Shown here in pieces: positions 7,042-18,818 of a stretch of 64,000 nucleotides of DNA; the first letter of the stretch is position 1; every line of letters starts with the position of its first letter. A program made the position numbers and the translations under genes. Source of the stretch: an uncultured Dehalococcoidia bacterium (GTDB lineage Bacteria; Chloroflexota; Dehalococcoidia; Lucifugimonadales; UBA1127); NCBI GenBank assembly GCA_951812285.1, contig OX638292.1, forward strand, positions 1,183,699-1,247,698, read 5' to 3'. The notes under the pieces were generated by a model, which made no database searches, was not told where the DNA came from, and saw only the letters and a list, made by a program, of their open reading frames with translations.

Positions 7042-9639
7042 ATGCCCGAATCGCAAGCTGTGCTACTGCCCACCAACGTCAGGCCGCTGCGCTACGCCCT
7101 TCACCTGACGCCCGACCTCGAGGCCTTCACCTTTGACGGCGAGGAGTCCATCGACATCGAGGTGCTGGAGGCGACGGACACCGTCGTGCTGAACGCCTGC
7201 GAGATGACCGTGCACTCGGCGAGCCTGATGGACGCCGGGAACGCGCAGGTCGACGCCACCGGCATCGAGATGAACGCCGATGACGAGACGGTCGCGATCC
7301 AATTCCCCTCGACCGTGCAGCCGGGGCCCGCGGTGCTGCGCATCTCGTACACGGGTGAGCTCAACGACCGGCTTACCGGCTTCTACCGGAGCACCTACAC
7401 GCGTGAGGACGGCACGCCTCGGACGATGGCAACGACGCAATTCGAGCCGTCGTCGGCGCGGCGAGCGCTGCCGTGCTGGGACGAGCCGGCCATGAAGGCG
7501 AGCTTCCAGGTCACGCTGACCGTCCCGTCGGACATGGACGCCATCTCCAACATGCCGGCCGTCGAGGAAACGGTGGACGGCGACACCAAGACGGTGCGAT
7601 TCGGCGAGTCGCCGGTGATGTCGACGTACCTGCTGGCCTTCGTGGTTGCGGAGCTGGGCTCCATCGAGCAGGAGGCGGCGAACGGGACGATGATCAGAGT
7701 GCTCACGACGCGGGGCAAGGAGGAGCAGGGGCGGTTTGCGCTGGAGACATCCGTCGCGCTGCTCACCTACTTCAACGACTACTTCGGCATCCCGTACCCG
7801 CTGGAGAAGCTGGACCACATCGCCATCCCGGACTTCGCGGCGGGGGCAATGGAGAACTGGGGCATCATCACGTACCGCGAGACTGCGCTGCTCGTCGACC
7901 CGGCCATCAGCCCGGCGGCGACACGGCAGCGGGTGGCAGAGGTCGTATCGCACGAGATGGCGCACATGTGGTTCGGCGACCTGGTCACGATGCAGTGGTG
8001 GGACGACCTTTGGCTCAACGAGAGCTTTGCATCGTGGATGGGGGACAAGGCGGTCGACCACATCCACCCCGAGTGGAAGATGTGGACGCAGTTTGTCGCC
8101 AACGACACGATCCGCGCGTTCAACCTCGACGGCCTGAAGAACTCGCATCCAATCGAGGCGACTGTGCACACGCCGGCCGAGGTGGAGGAGCTCTTCGACG
8201 CCATCAGCTACAGCAAGGGCGCGTCCACCATCCGGATGCTGGAGCACTACCTGAGCGAGGAGACGTTCCGGGACGGCCTGCGCCGTTACCTGGACGCGCA
8301 CCAGTACGACAACGCGCGCACGGCCGACCTCTGGGCGGCGCTGGAGGATGCGTCGGGCAAGCCGGTCAAAGCGCTGATGGACACCTGGACGGGCCAGATG
8401 GGATACCCGGTGCTCACCGTCGGGTCACGCCACGAGCCGGACGGCGTGAAGCTCGATGTCTCGCAGACCCGCTTCCTCCTGAGCCACGTGGCCGAGGACA
8501 ACGACAGCGACGAATCCAGCTGGAAGGCGCCCATTGACGTGACCGCGTCGTGGCTGGACGCGCCGACCTCGACGCTGATGGAGGCGCGCGAGGACACCGT
8601 CGTGCTGCCGCCCGCTCCGAGCGGCGAGGATTCGTGGTTCAAGGTGAACGCGGGGCAAACGGGCTTCTACCGCGTGAACCTCAGCCCCCGCGACTGGGAC
8701 GCGCTCATTCCCGCTGTCTCATCGCGGGCGCTGTCGGACACGGACCGGTTGGGGCTGCAGAACGACGCGTACGCGCTTGCTCGCGCGGGATACCTGCCAA
8801 TCAGCCAGTTCCTTGCCCTCGCCGAGGGGTACCGCGACGAGACGGACGCCAGCGTGTGGCGCGACCTCGCGGGGAACCTCGGCGACCTGGACACGCTGCT
8901 TTCGGACGAGGCGTGCTACCCGGCGTTCAAGGCGCTGTGCCAGGGGCTGTTCAGCCCGCTCGCCGAGCGGATGGGCTGGGAGCCGAAGCCGGGCGACGGG
9001 CACCTCGACGCGATTCTTCGCAGCGTGGCGCTCGGGCAGGCGGGCTACTATGACGATCCGGCGGTGCTCGCGGAGGCGCGGCGGCGGTTCGAGCTGTACC
9101 TGGAGGACCCGTCGACGCTGCGCCCGGACCTTCGCGGGGTCGTGTTCAGCCTGACGGCGCAGCAGGGCGACACGGACACGTACAACAGGCTGTGGGAGCT
9201 GCAGAAGAGCGCGGAGTCGCAGGAGGAGAAGGTCCGGCTGCTGATCTCGCTCACGCGCATTCCGGACCCGGAGCTCATCAGCGACGTGCTGCAACGCTCG
9301 CTTACCGACGACGTCCGGTCGCAGGACACCGTGTCCGTGGTGGGGGCTGTCTCGGCCAACCCGAAGGGCAAGGAGCTCGCGTGGGACTTCCTGAAGGACA
9401 ACTGGGACACATTCATGGACCGCTACGGGCACGGCGGCTTCATGCTCATGCGGATCGTCGGGCTGCCGCGCGGGTTCACGACGCGGGAGAAGCTCGACGA
9501 GGTGCGCGAGTTCTACGAGACGCACCCGGCGCCGGCGGCGGAGCGGTCGGTGCGCCAGACCATCGAGGGGCTGGAGCTCAACGTGGCGTGGGTGGAGCGC
9601 AACAAGGACGACGTGGCGGAGTGGTTCGCGGGGCGGTAG
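7042..9639 (+). CDS. pepN: M1 family zinc aminopeptidase (puromycin-sensitive/ERAP1-C type)
   Basis: TQFEP..ARRALPCWDEP, GAMENWG, HEMAH-x18-E (WLNES), YSKG. AAGGAGG RBS. Confidence 0.92.
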   Translation: MPESQAVLLPTNVRPLRYALHLTPDLEAFTFDGEESIDIEVLEATDTVVLNACEMTVHSASLMDAGNAQVDATGIEMNADDETVAIQFPSTVQPGPAVLRISYTGELNDRLTGFYRSTYTREDGTPRTMATTQFEPSSARRALPCWDEPAMKASFQVTLTVPSDMDAISNMPAVEETVDGDTKTVRFGESPVMSTYLLAFVVAELGSIEQEAANGTMIRVLTTRGKEEQGRFALETSVALLTYFNDYFGIPYPLEKLDHIAIPDFAAGAMENWGIITYRETALLVDPAISPAATRQRVAEVVSHEMAHMWFGDLVTMQWWDDLWLNESFASWMGDKAVDHIHPEWKMWTQFVANDTIRAFNLDGLKNSHPIEATVHTPAEVEELFDAISYSKGASTIRMLEHYLSEETFRDGLRRYLDAHQYDNARTADLWAALEDASGKPVKALMDTWTGQMGYPVLTVGSRHEPDGVKLDVSQTRFLLSHVAEDNDSDESSWKAPIDVTASWLDAPTSTLMEAREDTVVLPPAPSGEDSWFKVNAGQTGFYRVNLSPRDWDALIPAVSSRALSDTDRLGLQNDAYALARAGYLPISQFLALAEGYRDETDASVWRDLAGNLGDLDTLLSDEACYPAFKALCQGLFSPLAERMGWEPKPGDGHLDAILRSVALGQAGYYDDPAVLAEARRRFELYLEDPSTLRPDLRGVVFSLTAQQGDTDTYNRLWELQKSAESQEEKVRLLISLTRIPDPELISDVLQRSLTDDVRSQDTVSVVGAVSANPKGKELAWDFLKDNWDTFMDRYGHGGFMLMRIVGLPRGFTTREKLDEVREFYETHPAPAAERSVRQTIEGLELNVAWVERNKDDVAEWFAGR

Positions 9640-9668
9640 TTCAGACGACGCAAGACTAGGAGGAAGAA

Positions 9669-10598
9669 ATGAAGCTCGTGATGTACAACGACAACCAGCC
9701 GGGCATCCTGACCGATGCGGGAGTAATTGACGTAAGCGACATCAGTCCCGGCGGCGGCCAGGCCGCGATGGTCCACCTCATCACCAACTACGACGACCTG
9801 AAGGGGCAGCTCGAGGCGCGGGCCGCGGAGGGGACGCCTGTCGAGGGTGCGCAGCTACGGGCACCGTTGCCGCGGCCCAACAAGGTCCTCTGCATGGGCG
9901 GCAACTACCGCGAGTTCGGCGCGCGGGAGCCCTCGCCGATGTGGGGGTTCACGAAGGCGCTCGACAGCATCCTCGGGCCGGGCGGCACCGTCGTGCTGCC
10001 GGACGTCGACGCCAACATCTTCCACCACGAGGCTGAGCTCTTGCTGGTCTTCGGCAAGGGCGGGAAGGACATCCCGGCGTCGGAGGCCATGGACCACGTC
10101 TTCGGCTACACGGCTGGCGTGGACGTCTCGGCGCGCATGTCGGGCGGCGGCGGGCGCGTGCCGAACACGATGCCAATTTCCGAGCACAAGTCGTACGACA
10201 CCTTCTGTCCCATGGGCCCGTGCATCGTGACGAAGGACGAGATTGCGGACCCGGAGAACCTGCAGGTCACGCTCAAGGTCGACGGCGAGGTGCGCCCCAA
10301 CTACAACACGAGCGACCTTGCGCACTCGATTGCCGAGTCAATCGAGTACGTGGCGGCGATCGAGGAGATCAGCGCCGGCGACGTGCTGTTCATGGGTACA
10401 AACCACCAGGGGCTCGGCGCGATGCAGGACGGCGAGACTGTCGAGATGGGCATCGAGGGGATCGGCAGCTTCACGTTCAGCGTGAGCGACCCGTTAAAGC
10501 GCCGCTGGCCCAAGGGCATCGACGAGGCGACGGCGAAGGACATCCGCGAAGGCACCGGCGGTCCTGGGCGACAGTCGCGGCCGATGCCGGCGGGGTAG
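9669..10598 (+). CDS. Fumarylacetoacetate hydrolase family protein
   Basis: CMGGNY, HEAEL..V.GK, VFGYT...DVSAR, KSYDTFCPMGP, GDV..MGT. Confidence 0.9.
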   Translation: MKLVMYNDNQPGILTDAGVIDVSDISPGGGQAAMVHLITNYDDLKGQLEARAAEGTPVEGAQLRAPLPRPNKVLCMGGNYREFGAREPSPMWGFTKALDSILGPGGTVVLPDVDANIFHHEAELLLVFGKGGKDIPASEAMDHVFGYTAGVDVSARMSGGGGRVPNTMPISEHKSYDTFCPMGPCIVTKDEIADPENLQVTLKVDGEVRPNYNTSDLAHSIAESIEYVAAIEEISAGDVLFMGTNHQGLGAMQDGETVEMGIEGIGSFTFSVSDPLKRRWPKGIDEATAKDIREGTGGPGRQSRPMPAG

Positions 10599-10611
10599 GC
10601 GTCGCTCGACC

Positions 10612-11154
10612 ATGGACATCGAGCTCGGAAACGGGTTCACCCTGCGCGAATGGGCGTTGGCGTGGGAGAAGGCCGACCGGGAGCGGTTTGTTGCGCTGGC
10701 CAACGACTACGACGTCTGGAAGCAGTTGTACGACCGCTTCCCGCACCCGTACACGTCTGCGGACGCCGACGAGTGGATTGCGCTGAATGCCGGACGGACC
10801 ACGCTCTCAACCTTCGCCATCTGCGACGCCGACGGGCCCATCGGCAGCGCCGGCCTGACGCTGCGGGACGCCGACTACCGGCACTCGGCGGAGATTGGGT
10901 ACTGGCTAGGGCAGCCGTTCTGGGGCCAGGGCATCGTGACCGCGGCGGTGAAGGCCTTGACGGCGTACGCGTTCGAGTCGCTCGGGCTCATCCGGATCGA
11001 AGCGCACATCTTCGCCCGCAACGACGCGTCGGCGCGGGTGCTGGAGAAGGCCGGGTATCGGCGCGAGGGGCTGCTGCGCATGGCGAGCATGAAGGAAGGC
11101 GAGGCGCTCGACAACGTGCTGTTCGCGGCGCTGAAGCACGAGTGGCGGCCGTAG
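10612..11154 (+). CDS. GNAT N-acetyltransferase, RimJ/RimL family
   Basis: FPHPYT..DA..W, AEIGYWLG..FWGQG, N.AS.RVLEKAGY..EG.LR. Confidence 0.9.
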   Translation: MDIELGNGFTLREWALAWEKADRERFVALANDYDVWKQLYDRFPHPYTSADADEWIALNAGRTTLSTFAICDADGPIGSAGLTLRDADYRHSAEIGYWLGQPFWGQGIVTAAVKALTAYAFESLGLIRIEAHIFARNDASARVLEKAGYRREGLLRMASMKEGEALDNVLFAALKHEWRP

Positions 11155-11202
11155 CCGCGTCGGCGGCCGGCTAGGGGCCGGCAATCGGAAGGAGCGTGAA
11201 CC

Positions 11203-11535
11203 ATGGCGATGTACCGCGTGTTCCCTGACGAGAACGGGGAGAGCCACATCGAGCCGCTGTCGCTGGACGACCATGCCTACCTGGAGGCGTTCAACAACGT
11301 CACGGAGGCGGGCATCCGGCACTACTCGGAGCTTCGGTGGATGGACTTCCACCCGCTGCCGGAGCGGCGGCTGATCATTCAGCTCGTGGGGGAGATCGAG
11401 ATCGGGCTGAGCGACGGCACGAAGCAGCGGTTCGGCCCGGGCGACGTTCGGCTGATGGAGGACGTCACCGGCAAGGGGCACACGCACGAGGACGTGACCG
11501 AGTGCACGCAGTTCATCATGATGCTGAAGGACTAG
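11203..11535 (+). CDS. Small cupin-like protein
   Basis: DENGESH.E, FHP.PERR.II.L.GEIEI..SDG...RFGPGDV.L.EDVTGKGH. Confidence 0.8.
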   Translation: MAMYRVFPDENGESHIEPLSLDDHAYLEAFNNVTEAGIRHYSELRWMDFHPLPERRLIIQLVGEIEIGLSDGTKQRFGPGDVRLMEDVTGKGHTHEDVTECTQFIMMLKD

Positions 11536-11600
11536 GAGAGGCTAGCGAAGGTGAACGGTTGACGTCTTGATAAGGGCATCCGGAGAAGGCGAATTGGAGC

Positions 11601-11828
11601 CTAACTAACTTCCAAGAACCGCATGGCGACCACGACAACGGACAACGCGATGCCCATGAGCCCCATGGTCCATCGAATGGACTTCAACTCGCCACGAAGC
11701 TCTGCTATCTCAGCCTTGAGGTCGGCCTTTAGGTCGCCAAGGTCAGCTTTGGTGGCATAATGCTGCAGCACTTGCTCTAGCTCTTGCCGGAGCTCTGACC
11801 GCGTAATGGGCTGCTCGGCGGTTGTCAT
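11601..11828 (-). CDS. Small coiled-coil protein with C-terminal TM helix (DUF1640/CCDC90-like, ATKADL motif)
   Basis: HYATKADL..LKADLKAEI then a hydrophobic tail. GAGGAG RBS. Promoter TTGACA(11893-11888)-17-TAGAAT(11870-11865). Lower GC than neighbours. Confidence 0.7.
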   Translation of the reverse strand: MTTAEQPITRSELRQELEQVLQHYATKADLGDLKADLKAEIAELRGELKSIRWTMGLMGIALSVVVVAMRFLEVS

Positions 11829-11917
11829 GGCTCCTCAATTCAAACGGTAGCTAATGTAGAGCCAATTCTAGCTACAATATTTGCCTCTGTCAACTATTAT
11901 TTGCTCAATTCAGGCCA

Positions 11918-12271
11918 CTACTCCAGCGGGACCCACATCATGGTGCGGGGCTTGTTGCCTACTACGCGGGTTACGTGGCCCTGGCCGGTGAGGTCCTCGG
12001 CGAGGAGGACGTCTCCGGGGCCGAAGCGCTTGGTGGAGCCGTCGCCGACCTCGATCTCGCCCTCACCGTCCAGGGTGACGACGTATTGGCGGCCCGGGGC
12101 GCAGTGCCAGTCGAGGACGTAGTCGGCCGACTGACGGGTGAAGAAGGCGTGCATGGCGTTCGACGGCGGGGTTGCCTCGGACTGGCCGTCGCCCCTTGGG
12201 CTGAAGTCGAGGGCGACTTCCTCGAAGTGGGACTTGCCGTCTTCGCCGGTGTAGATGCGTGTTACGTGCAT
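11918..12271 (-). CDS. Small cupin-like protein, paralogue of 11203..11535
   Basis: RIYTGEDGKSHFEE, WHCAP.RQYVV.L.G..EIEVGDG..KRFGPGDVLLAEDLTGQGH. AGGAGG RBS. Confidence 0.85.
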   Translation of the reverse strand: MHVTRIYTGEDGKSHFEEVALDFSPRGDGQSEATPPSNAMHAFFTRQSADYVLDWHCAPGRQYVVTLDGEGEIEVGDGSTKRFGPGDVLLAEDLTGQGHVTRVVGNKPRTMMWVPLE

Positions 12272-12454
12272 GGTGGCCCTCCTGATGCCTAGGTGAAGCC
12301 GCGACTCAGTTTGTTGGTGAGGGCAGTATAGCGTTTCCCCACTCCAAATCTCATACCTGCGCATAGCTCAGTTTCCTTGACCCGCGACGAATTTCGTGAT
12401 ACTTTCGGCAATTGCCTAGGACAAGCTCTCAAATGCGATATGGAGGTGACTCCC

Positions 12455-14509
<2,055 letters not shown>

Positions 14510-14520
14510 GGCAATTGAAC

Positions 14521-14591
14521 GGCCGCACCGCAGTGGTCAAGAGATAAGACTTTTCTTAGACCTTGACAAGCAAGTGCGGTGCGGCCAAGAT
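14521..14591. promoter_or_regulatory. Long imperfect hairpin after hppA overlapping a TTGACA-17-CAAGAT promoter
   Basis: ggccgcaccgca(14521-32)/tgcggtgcggcc(14575-86) with inner gtcaag/cttgac and taaga/tctta pairs. TTGACA at 14563-14568. Confidence 0.45.
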
Positions 14592-14594
14592 ATT

Positions 14595-14716
14595 GGTTGA
14601 AACGTGGTCCGCACGCGTTGGCGGGCCATCTGGAGAACTGGAACGGATAACGTTCCACTGTTAGCGGCATGGTACACTGAGGGCACCGTTTCCAACCTCA
14701 GTCGTCCTTCCCGCTG
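14595..14716 (+). ncRNA. Candidate structured RNA or leader, unassigned family
   Basis: Closing helix ggttgaaacg/cgtttccaacc, two internal hairpins, and an alternative actgagg/cctcagt helix. Confidence 0.3.
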
Positions 14717-14737
14717 TAGATAGTAGGCAGGCCATCT

Positions 14738-17110
14738 ATGGTCAAGTCAAAGTCAGCAAGATTGCTGGCAGCCCTAGCAATGGCGCTCTCACTGCTGGCG
14801 TTGACTTGCAGCAGCGATACTTCCGCAGCCCCCACGCCATTGCCGCCTACACCCACGGCCATTCCTCCGCTTGCTTCGCCGTCGCCTCTTCCCGTTGACG
14901 CGTCCACGCCCGTGGGCAACGGATCGGCGAACGGCATCTTCCCCTCGCCGATCCCCTTTGCCGTCTCGCTCCGACCAGCGCGGCCCGAGGGGTGGGCGTC
15001 GGCGCTCATCGTGTCGGGGCAGCCGAACGCGACGGAGAGCGGCCCCATCGGCGACGACGGGCAGATGTACGTGAGCTGGGCCGTAACAAACGGCGGGCCA
15101 GACGACGCGAGCGTGCCCTTCTCCGTCGACCTGCTGGTGGACGGGGTGCCGGTTGAACGCTGGGCCTCGTTCGGCCTGACCTCGGGCGAAGTGCAGTCAA
15201 TCCGCGACTGGGACGACCTGCCGCTCCGCGCGAACCTCTCGCCGGGCAGCCACACGCTGGAGCTGGTAGTGGACTCGACCGGCTACCTACAGCCGCTAAA
15301 CATGCAGGGCAACAGCATCTCAGTCACGTTTGACTGGCCCGAACTACCCGACCACAACGGCTCCACGCCCATCGCGCCGGAGCGGCTGCCCAACCTGACG
15401 CCCTACCTGCCCGAGGGATGGCAGGACGCCATCAGGCTGGAGGGCGTGCCCGCGTCCATAAGCGCGGCGGTCAACGGGTCCACCCCGGCAATGCAGATCG
15501 CCTACCGCAACGGCGGGCTCTCCAGCATCAGCCGGTTCTTCCTGGTGTACGTCTACCTGGACGGCGTGCTGGTCACGAAGTTCAACCAGCACGGCCTGAT
15601 CGCCGACGAAGCGGTGGTCTCGCCGCCGTGGCACGAACTGCTGAGCACGATCCACATGACGCCCGGCCAGCACACGCTGACGCTGGAGCTGGACCCGACG
15701 GGGCTCGTCGCGGAGGCGGACGAGACCGACAACGTGGTCTCTGTCGACTTCAACTGGGCCGCGCCTGCTGTCGCGCAGCCTGCGCCAGCGCAGACGGCTG
15801 TTGCCGGACTGCCGGCGATCATCGGCTACACCCCCTCCGGGTGGTCCGGGTCGCTTGTGGTCAGCAGCTACCTGGGACAGACCTCTCAGGCGAGCAATGC
15901 TTACCTGAACTCGCAGTCCTACGTCAGCTGGGCCGTGCGGAACGCGGGCGCCGCGCTGAGCAGCCCCTACTCGCTCGAGCTGCTCGTGAGCGGCGAGGTG
16001 GTGCACACGTGGGAGCGCGCGGGCATCGACGCAGGCGCCATCGACTTCCTGGTCGACGAGCCCATCCCGGCGGCGTTCGCGCCCGGCATCCACAGCGTGG
16101 AGCTGCGGATGCGGACGGCGGACGGCGAGGTGACGCCGCTCGCGCGCAGACCGACCAACTGGCGCACCGGTTTCGCGCCTCCGCGCGCGGGCGCACCGAT
16201 CGACGACGACGAACGCCGCAGCCGGCTGGCCTCGCTCGAGTGGGTGCGGTCGTCAACAGCGTTGCTGAGCGACTCTGATGACATGCGGCAGGACGTCGTT
16301 GACCTCGTGGACCTCGTCTACCAGAGCCTCTACAACCGCTCGCTGGAAGAGGAAGCGCTGGGCATCAACATACTCACGGACGACGAATTCACCGCATGGG
16401 TGGACGCCGAGTGCGGGGACGTCTCGCAGAGCCTTACGGGCAGCGCACGCGACATCTACCTGCAGCGGTGCGAGGTGGCCAAGGGTTTCGTTGGCTACTA
16501 CTCCGACTGGCGGGGCGCGTCCCGCATCGTTGTTCGCAGCGACAGGACGCCGATGGACGTGCTGAGCACGGTTGCCCATGAGCTCGGCCACTTCCTGCAG
16601 GCGCGGGCCAACCCCTCGCTGAACGACCAGCCTGACCTCAACGTCATCGCTCTCCGGGAGGCGCAGGCGTACGCGCACCAGGCGCTCTTCTTCCGAACGC
16701 TGGAGTCACTGGCAGGCCTGGACTTACTGCTGTACCCGCGCCTCAGCGGCTACGAGAACTTCGTGCAAATGCGGGTCGGCGACCTGCGGGCCCGCGCCGA
16801 GACGAGCGAGCACGCTCGCGGGCAGCTGGTGCTGTGGCTCGCAATCCTGTCCGACCCCGAGCTTCGCCGGCAGCGGACGGTGCTGCTGAACAACCTCGCC
16901 ATTCCGGCGCAGACGGCGCGGGAGGTCTTCGACTACCTGGTGGACTTCTCGCCGGGCGGGGCACGGTTCTACGTGACGCGGATCATGGGGAATGCCAGCG
17001 CGCAGATCGGCGCCATCGAATCGCTCGTCTCGGCGAGGCTGATCCCTGGGCTGCCGTACTGGAACGAGGGCTCGCCGGAGCTCCGGGAGATCGGGCTGCT
17101 GCTGCCGTAG
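14738..17110 (+). CDS. Lipoprotein with CARDB/Ig-like domains and C-terminal HExxH zinc metallopeptidase
   Basis: Lipobox LALTC. Repeated SWAV.N.G...F.V.L..DG...PG.HTL.L..D (one with EADETDN). AHELGH followed by LREAQA. Confidence 0.7.
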   Translation: MVKSKSARLLAALAMALSLLALTCSSDTSAAPTPLPPTPTAIPPLASPSPLPVDASTPVGNGSANGIFPSPIPFAVSLRPARPEGWASALIVSGQPNATESGPIGDDGQMYVSWAVTNGGPDDASVPFSVDLLVDGVPVERWASFGLTSGEVQSIRDWDDLPLRANLSPGSHTLELVVDSTGYLQPLNMQGNSISVTFDWPELPDHNGSTPIAPERLPNLTPYLPEGWQDAIRLEGVPASISAAVNGSTPAMQIAYRNGGLSSISRFFLVYVYLDGVLVTKFNQHGLIADEAVVSPPWHELLSTIHMTPGQHTLTLELDPTGLVAEADETDNVVSVDFNWAAPAVAQPAPAQTAVAGLPAIIGYTPSGWSGSLVVSSYLGQTSQASNAYLNSQSYVSWAVRNAGAALSSPYSLELLVSGEVVHTWERAGIDAGAIDFLVDEPIPAAFAPGIHSVELRMRTADGEVTPLARRPTNWRTGFAPPRAGAPIDDDERRSRLASLEWVRSSTALLSDSDDMRQDVVDLVDLVYQSLYNRSLEEEALGINILTDDEFTAWVDAECGDVSQSLTGSARDIYLQRCEVAKGFVGYYSDWRGASRIVVRSDRTPMDVLSTVAHELGHFLQARANPSLNDQPDLNVIALREAQAYAHQALFFRTLESLAGLDLLLYPRLSGYENFVQMRVGDLRARAETSEHARGQLVLWLAILSDPELRRQRTVLLNNLAIPAQTAREVFDYLVDFSPGGARFYVTRIMGNASAQIGAIESLVSARLIPGLPYWNEGSPELREIGLLLP

Positions 17111-17135
17111 CGCGCCTGGGTTCCTCCCCGCCAGA

Positions 17136-18257
17136 CTACCCCACCATGTTGATGATGATGCCCGCCGCGATTGCCGATCCCAACACGCCCGCCACGTTCG
17201 GTCCCATTGCGTGCATGACGAGGAAGTTGTTGGGGTTGGCCTCCAGCGCGACGCGGTGCACGACACGCGCCGACATCGGCACGGCGGAGACGCCGGCGGC
17301 GCCGAGCAGCGGGTTTACCTTGCGCCCCGACGCCAGGTACATGATCTTGCCGAAGAAGATGCCGCCGACCGTTGCCAGCGAGAATGCGATCAGTCCCAGC
17401 CCGAACACCTGCAGCGTGTCGACGTCCAGGAACTCGTCGGCCACCATTGTGCCGCCTACAGTGAGGCCCAGCAGGATGGTGACGATGTTGATGAGCTCGT
17501 TCTGCGCGGTGGACGAGAGGCGCTCGACAACGCCGCTCTCACGCAGGAGGTTGCCGAACATGAACATGCCGATGAGCGGGATGGAGCCCGGCGCGAAGAG
17601 GACGGCAAGGAGCAGCACGGTCAGCGGAAAGAGCAGCTTCATCAGCTTGGAGACCGGCTGCGGATCGTAGGGCATCTCCACCATGCGCTCGGCCCTGGAC
17701 GTGAGCGCGCGCATGATGGGGGGCTGGATGATGGGGACCATCGCCATGTAGGAGTAGGCCGAGAGAGCGATGGGCCCGAGCAGGTGATCGGCGAGCCGTC
17801 CAGCCACGAAGATGGACGTCGGGCCGTCCGCACCGCCGATGATGCCGATGGCGCCCGCCTCCTGCAGCGTGAAGCCGAGCGCGATGGCGCCCAGCAGCGT
17901 CCCGAAGATACCGATCTGCGCGGCCGCGCCCAGCAGCGCCATCGTGGGACGCTGGATGAGCGGCGTGAAGTCCGTGAGGGCGCCGAGACCGAGGAACATC
18001 AGCAGCGGGAAGATCTCGGTGCTGAGGCCCGTCTTCTTCAGCAGCACCAGAAGACCCTCATCCTCGCCGAGGCCGCCGAAAGGGACGTTCGCCAGCATTA
18101 TGCCGACGCCGATGGGGATGAGCAAGAGCGGCTCGAAGCCCTTCTGGATCGCCAGGAAGATGAATCCCAGCGCTATCAGGATCATCAAGCCGTTCTTCCA
18201 GAGGCTTGCGATCTCGCTGAAAAACTGGCTGTCGAAGGGGATTTCGCCGGTAAGCAC
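17136..18257 (-). CDS. oadB: Na+-translocating decarboxylase beta subunit
   Basis: FEPLLLIPIG, GAAAQIGIF, IGIIGGADGPTSIF, AYSYMAMVPIIQPP, AGVSAVPMSARV, HAMGPNVAGV. Confidence 0.92.
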   Translation of the reverse strand: MLTGEIPFDSQFFSEIASLWKNGLMILIALGFIFLAIQKGFEPLLLIPIGVGIMLANVPFGGLGEDEGLLVLLKKTGLSTEIFPLLMFLGLGALTDFTPLIQRPTMALLGAAAQIGIFGTLLGAIALGFTLQEAGAIGIIGGADGPTSIFVAGRLADHLLGPIALSAYSYMAMVPIIQPPIMRALTSRAERMVEMPYDPQPVSKLMKLLFPLTVLLLAVLFAPGSIPLIGMFMFGNLLRESGVVERLSSTAQNELINIVTILLGLTVGGTMVADEFLDVDTLQVFGLGLIAFSLATVGGIFFGKIMYLASGRKVNPLLGAAGVSAVPMSARVVHRVALEANPNNFLVMHAMGPNVAGVLGSAIAAGIIINMVG

Positions 18258-18283
18258 TGCGTTCCTTCAGGTGGAGATGGGGG

Positions 18284-18676
18284 TCAGTCCCGGGAATTCC
18301 GAGGGCGCACACGGTTGCCCTGCGATGACATGAGCGCTTGCCGCCCCTGCACGCGCCACGCGCCGGGGGCCTCCGCCGACTCTCGACGCGGGGCCGGGGT
18401 CCGGGTCGAGCCGATGCCGCGACGGACGAAATGCACCGCCGCCGCCATCGCCGCGACCATCGCGGGCTCCACTTCGCCGCCGGCGGTTGCGGGCGCGACG
18501 GGGGGCTCGGCCGTGGACGCGGGAGAGGGGGCAGCGGCCTCGGTGGAGGGCTCGACGCCGACGCGACGGAGCGCGCGGCCGAGCAGCGTCGTCACGACGG
18601 CCAGCGACACCAGCGCGGCAAACACGACGCCCACGCCCGTGCCCGCGATCTCAAACCCTCTCTGCAGCTCGTCCAC
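18284..18676 (-). CDS. oadG: OadG-family (gamma/delta) decarboxylase subunit
   Basis: N-terminal TM (G.GVVF..L..L), Pro/Ala linker, VAAMAAAV, W...GR tail. AAAGGAG RBS. Directly upstream of oadB. Confidence 0.7.
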   Translation of the reverse strand: MDELQRGFEIAGTGVGVVFAALVSLAVVTTLLGRALRRVGVEPSTEAAAPSPASTAEPPVAPATAGGEVEPAMVAAMAAAVHFVRRGIGSTRTPAPRRESAEAPGAWRVQGRQALMSSQGNRVRPRNSRD

Positions 18677-18818
18677 GCGACTCCTTTACTTTGGCGGCCC
18701 TGCCATTGTAGACGCGAGCGTTGTTCGATGCCACCACTCGACCCGGCGAGCAGATGGACGGCGCGACAGTCATTCTGTTACCCTATACGCCACAGCCACT
18801 AGGGCAAAGGACGCAAAT

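Noticed and set aside
18677-18790. Na+-sensing riboswitch upstream of oadG
   Set aside because: A TACAAT -10 lies only ~30 nt before the start, leaving no room, and no motif was recognised.
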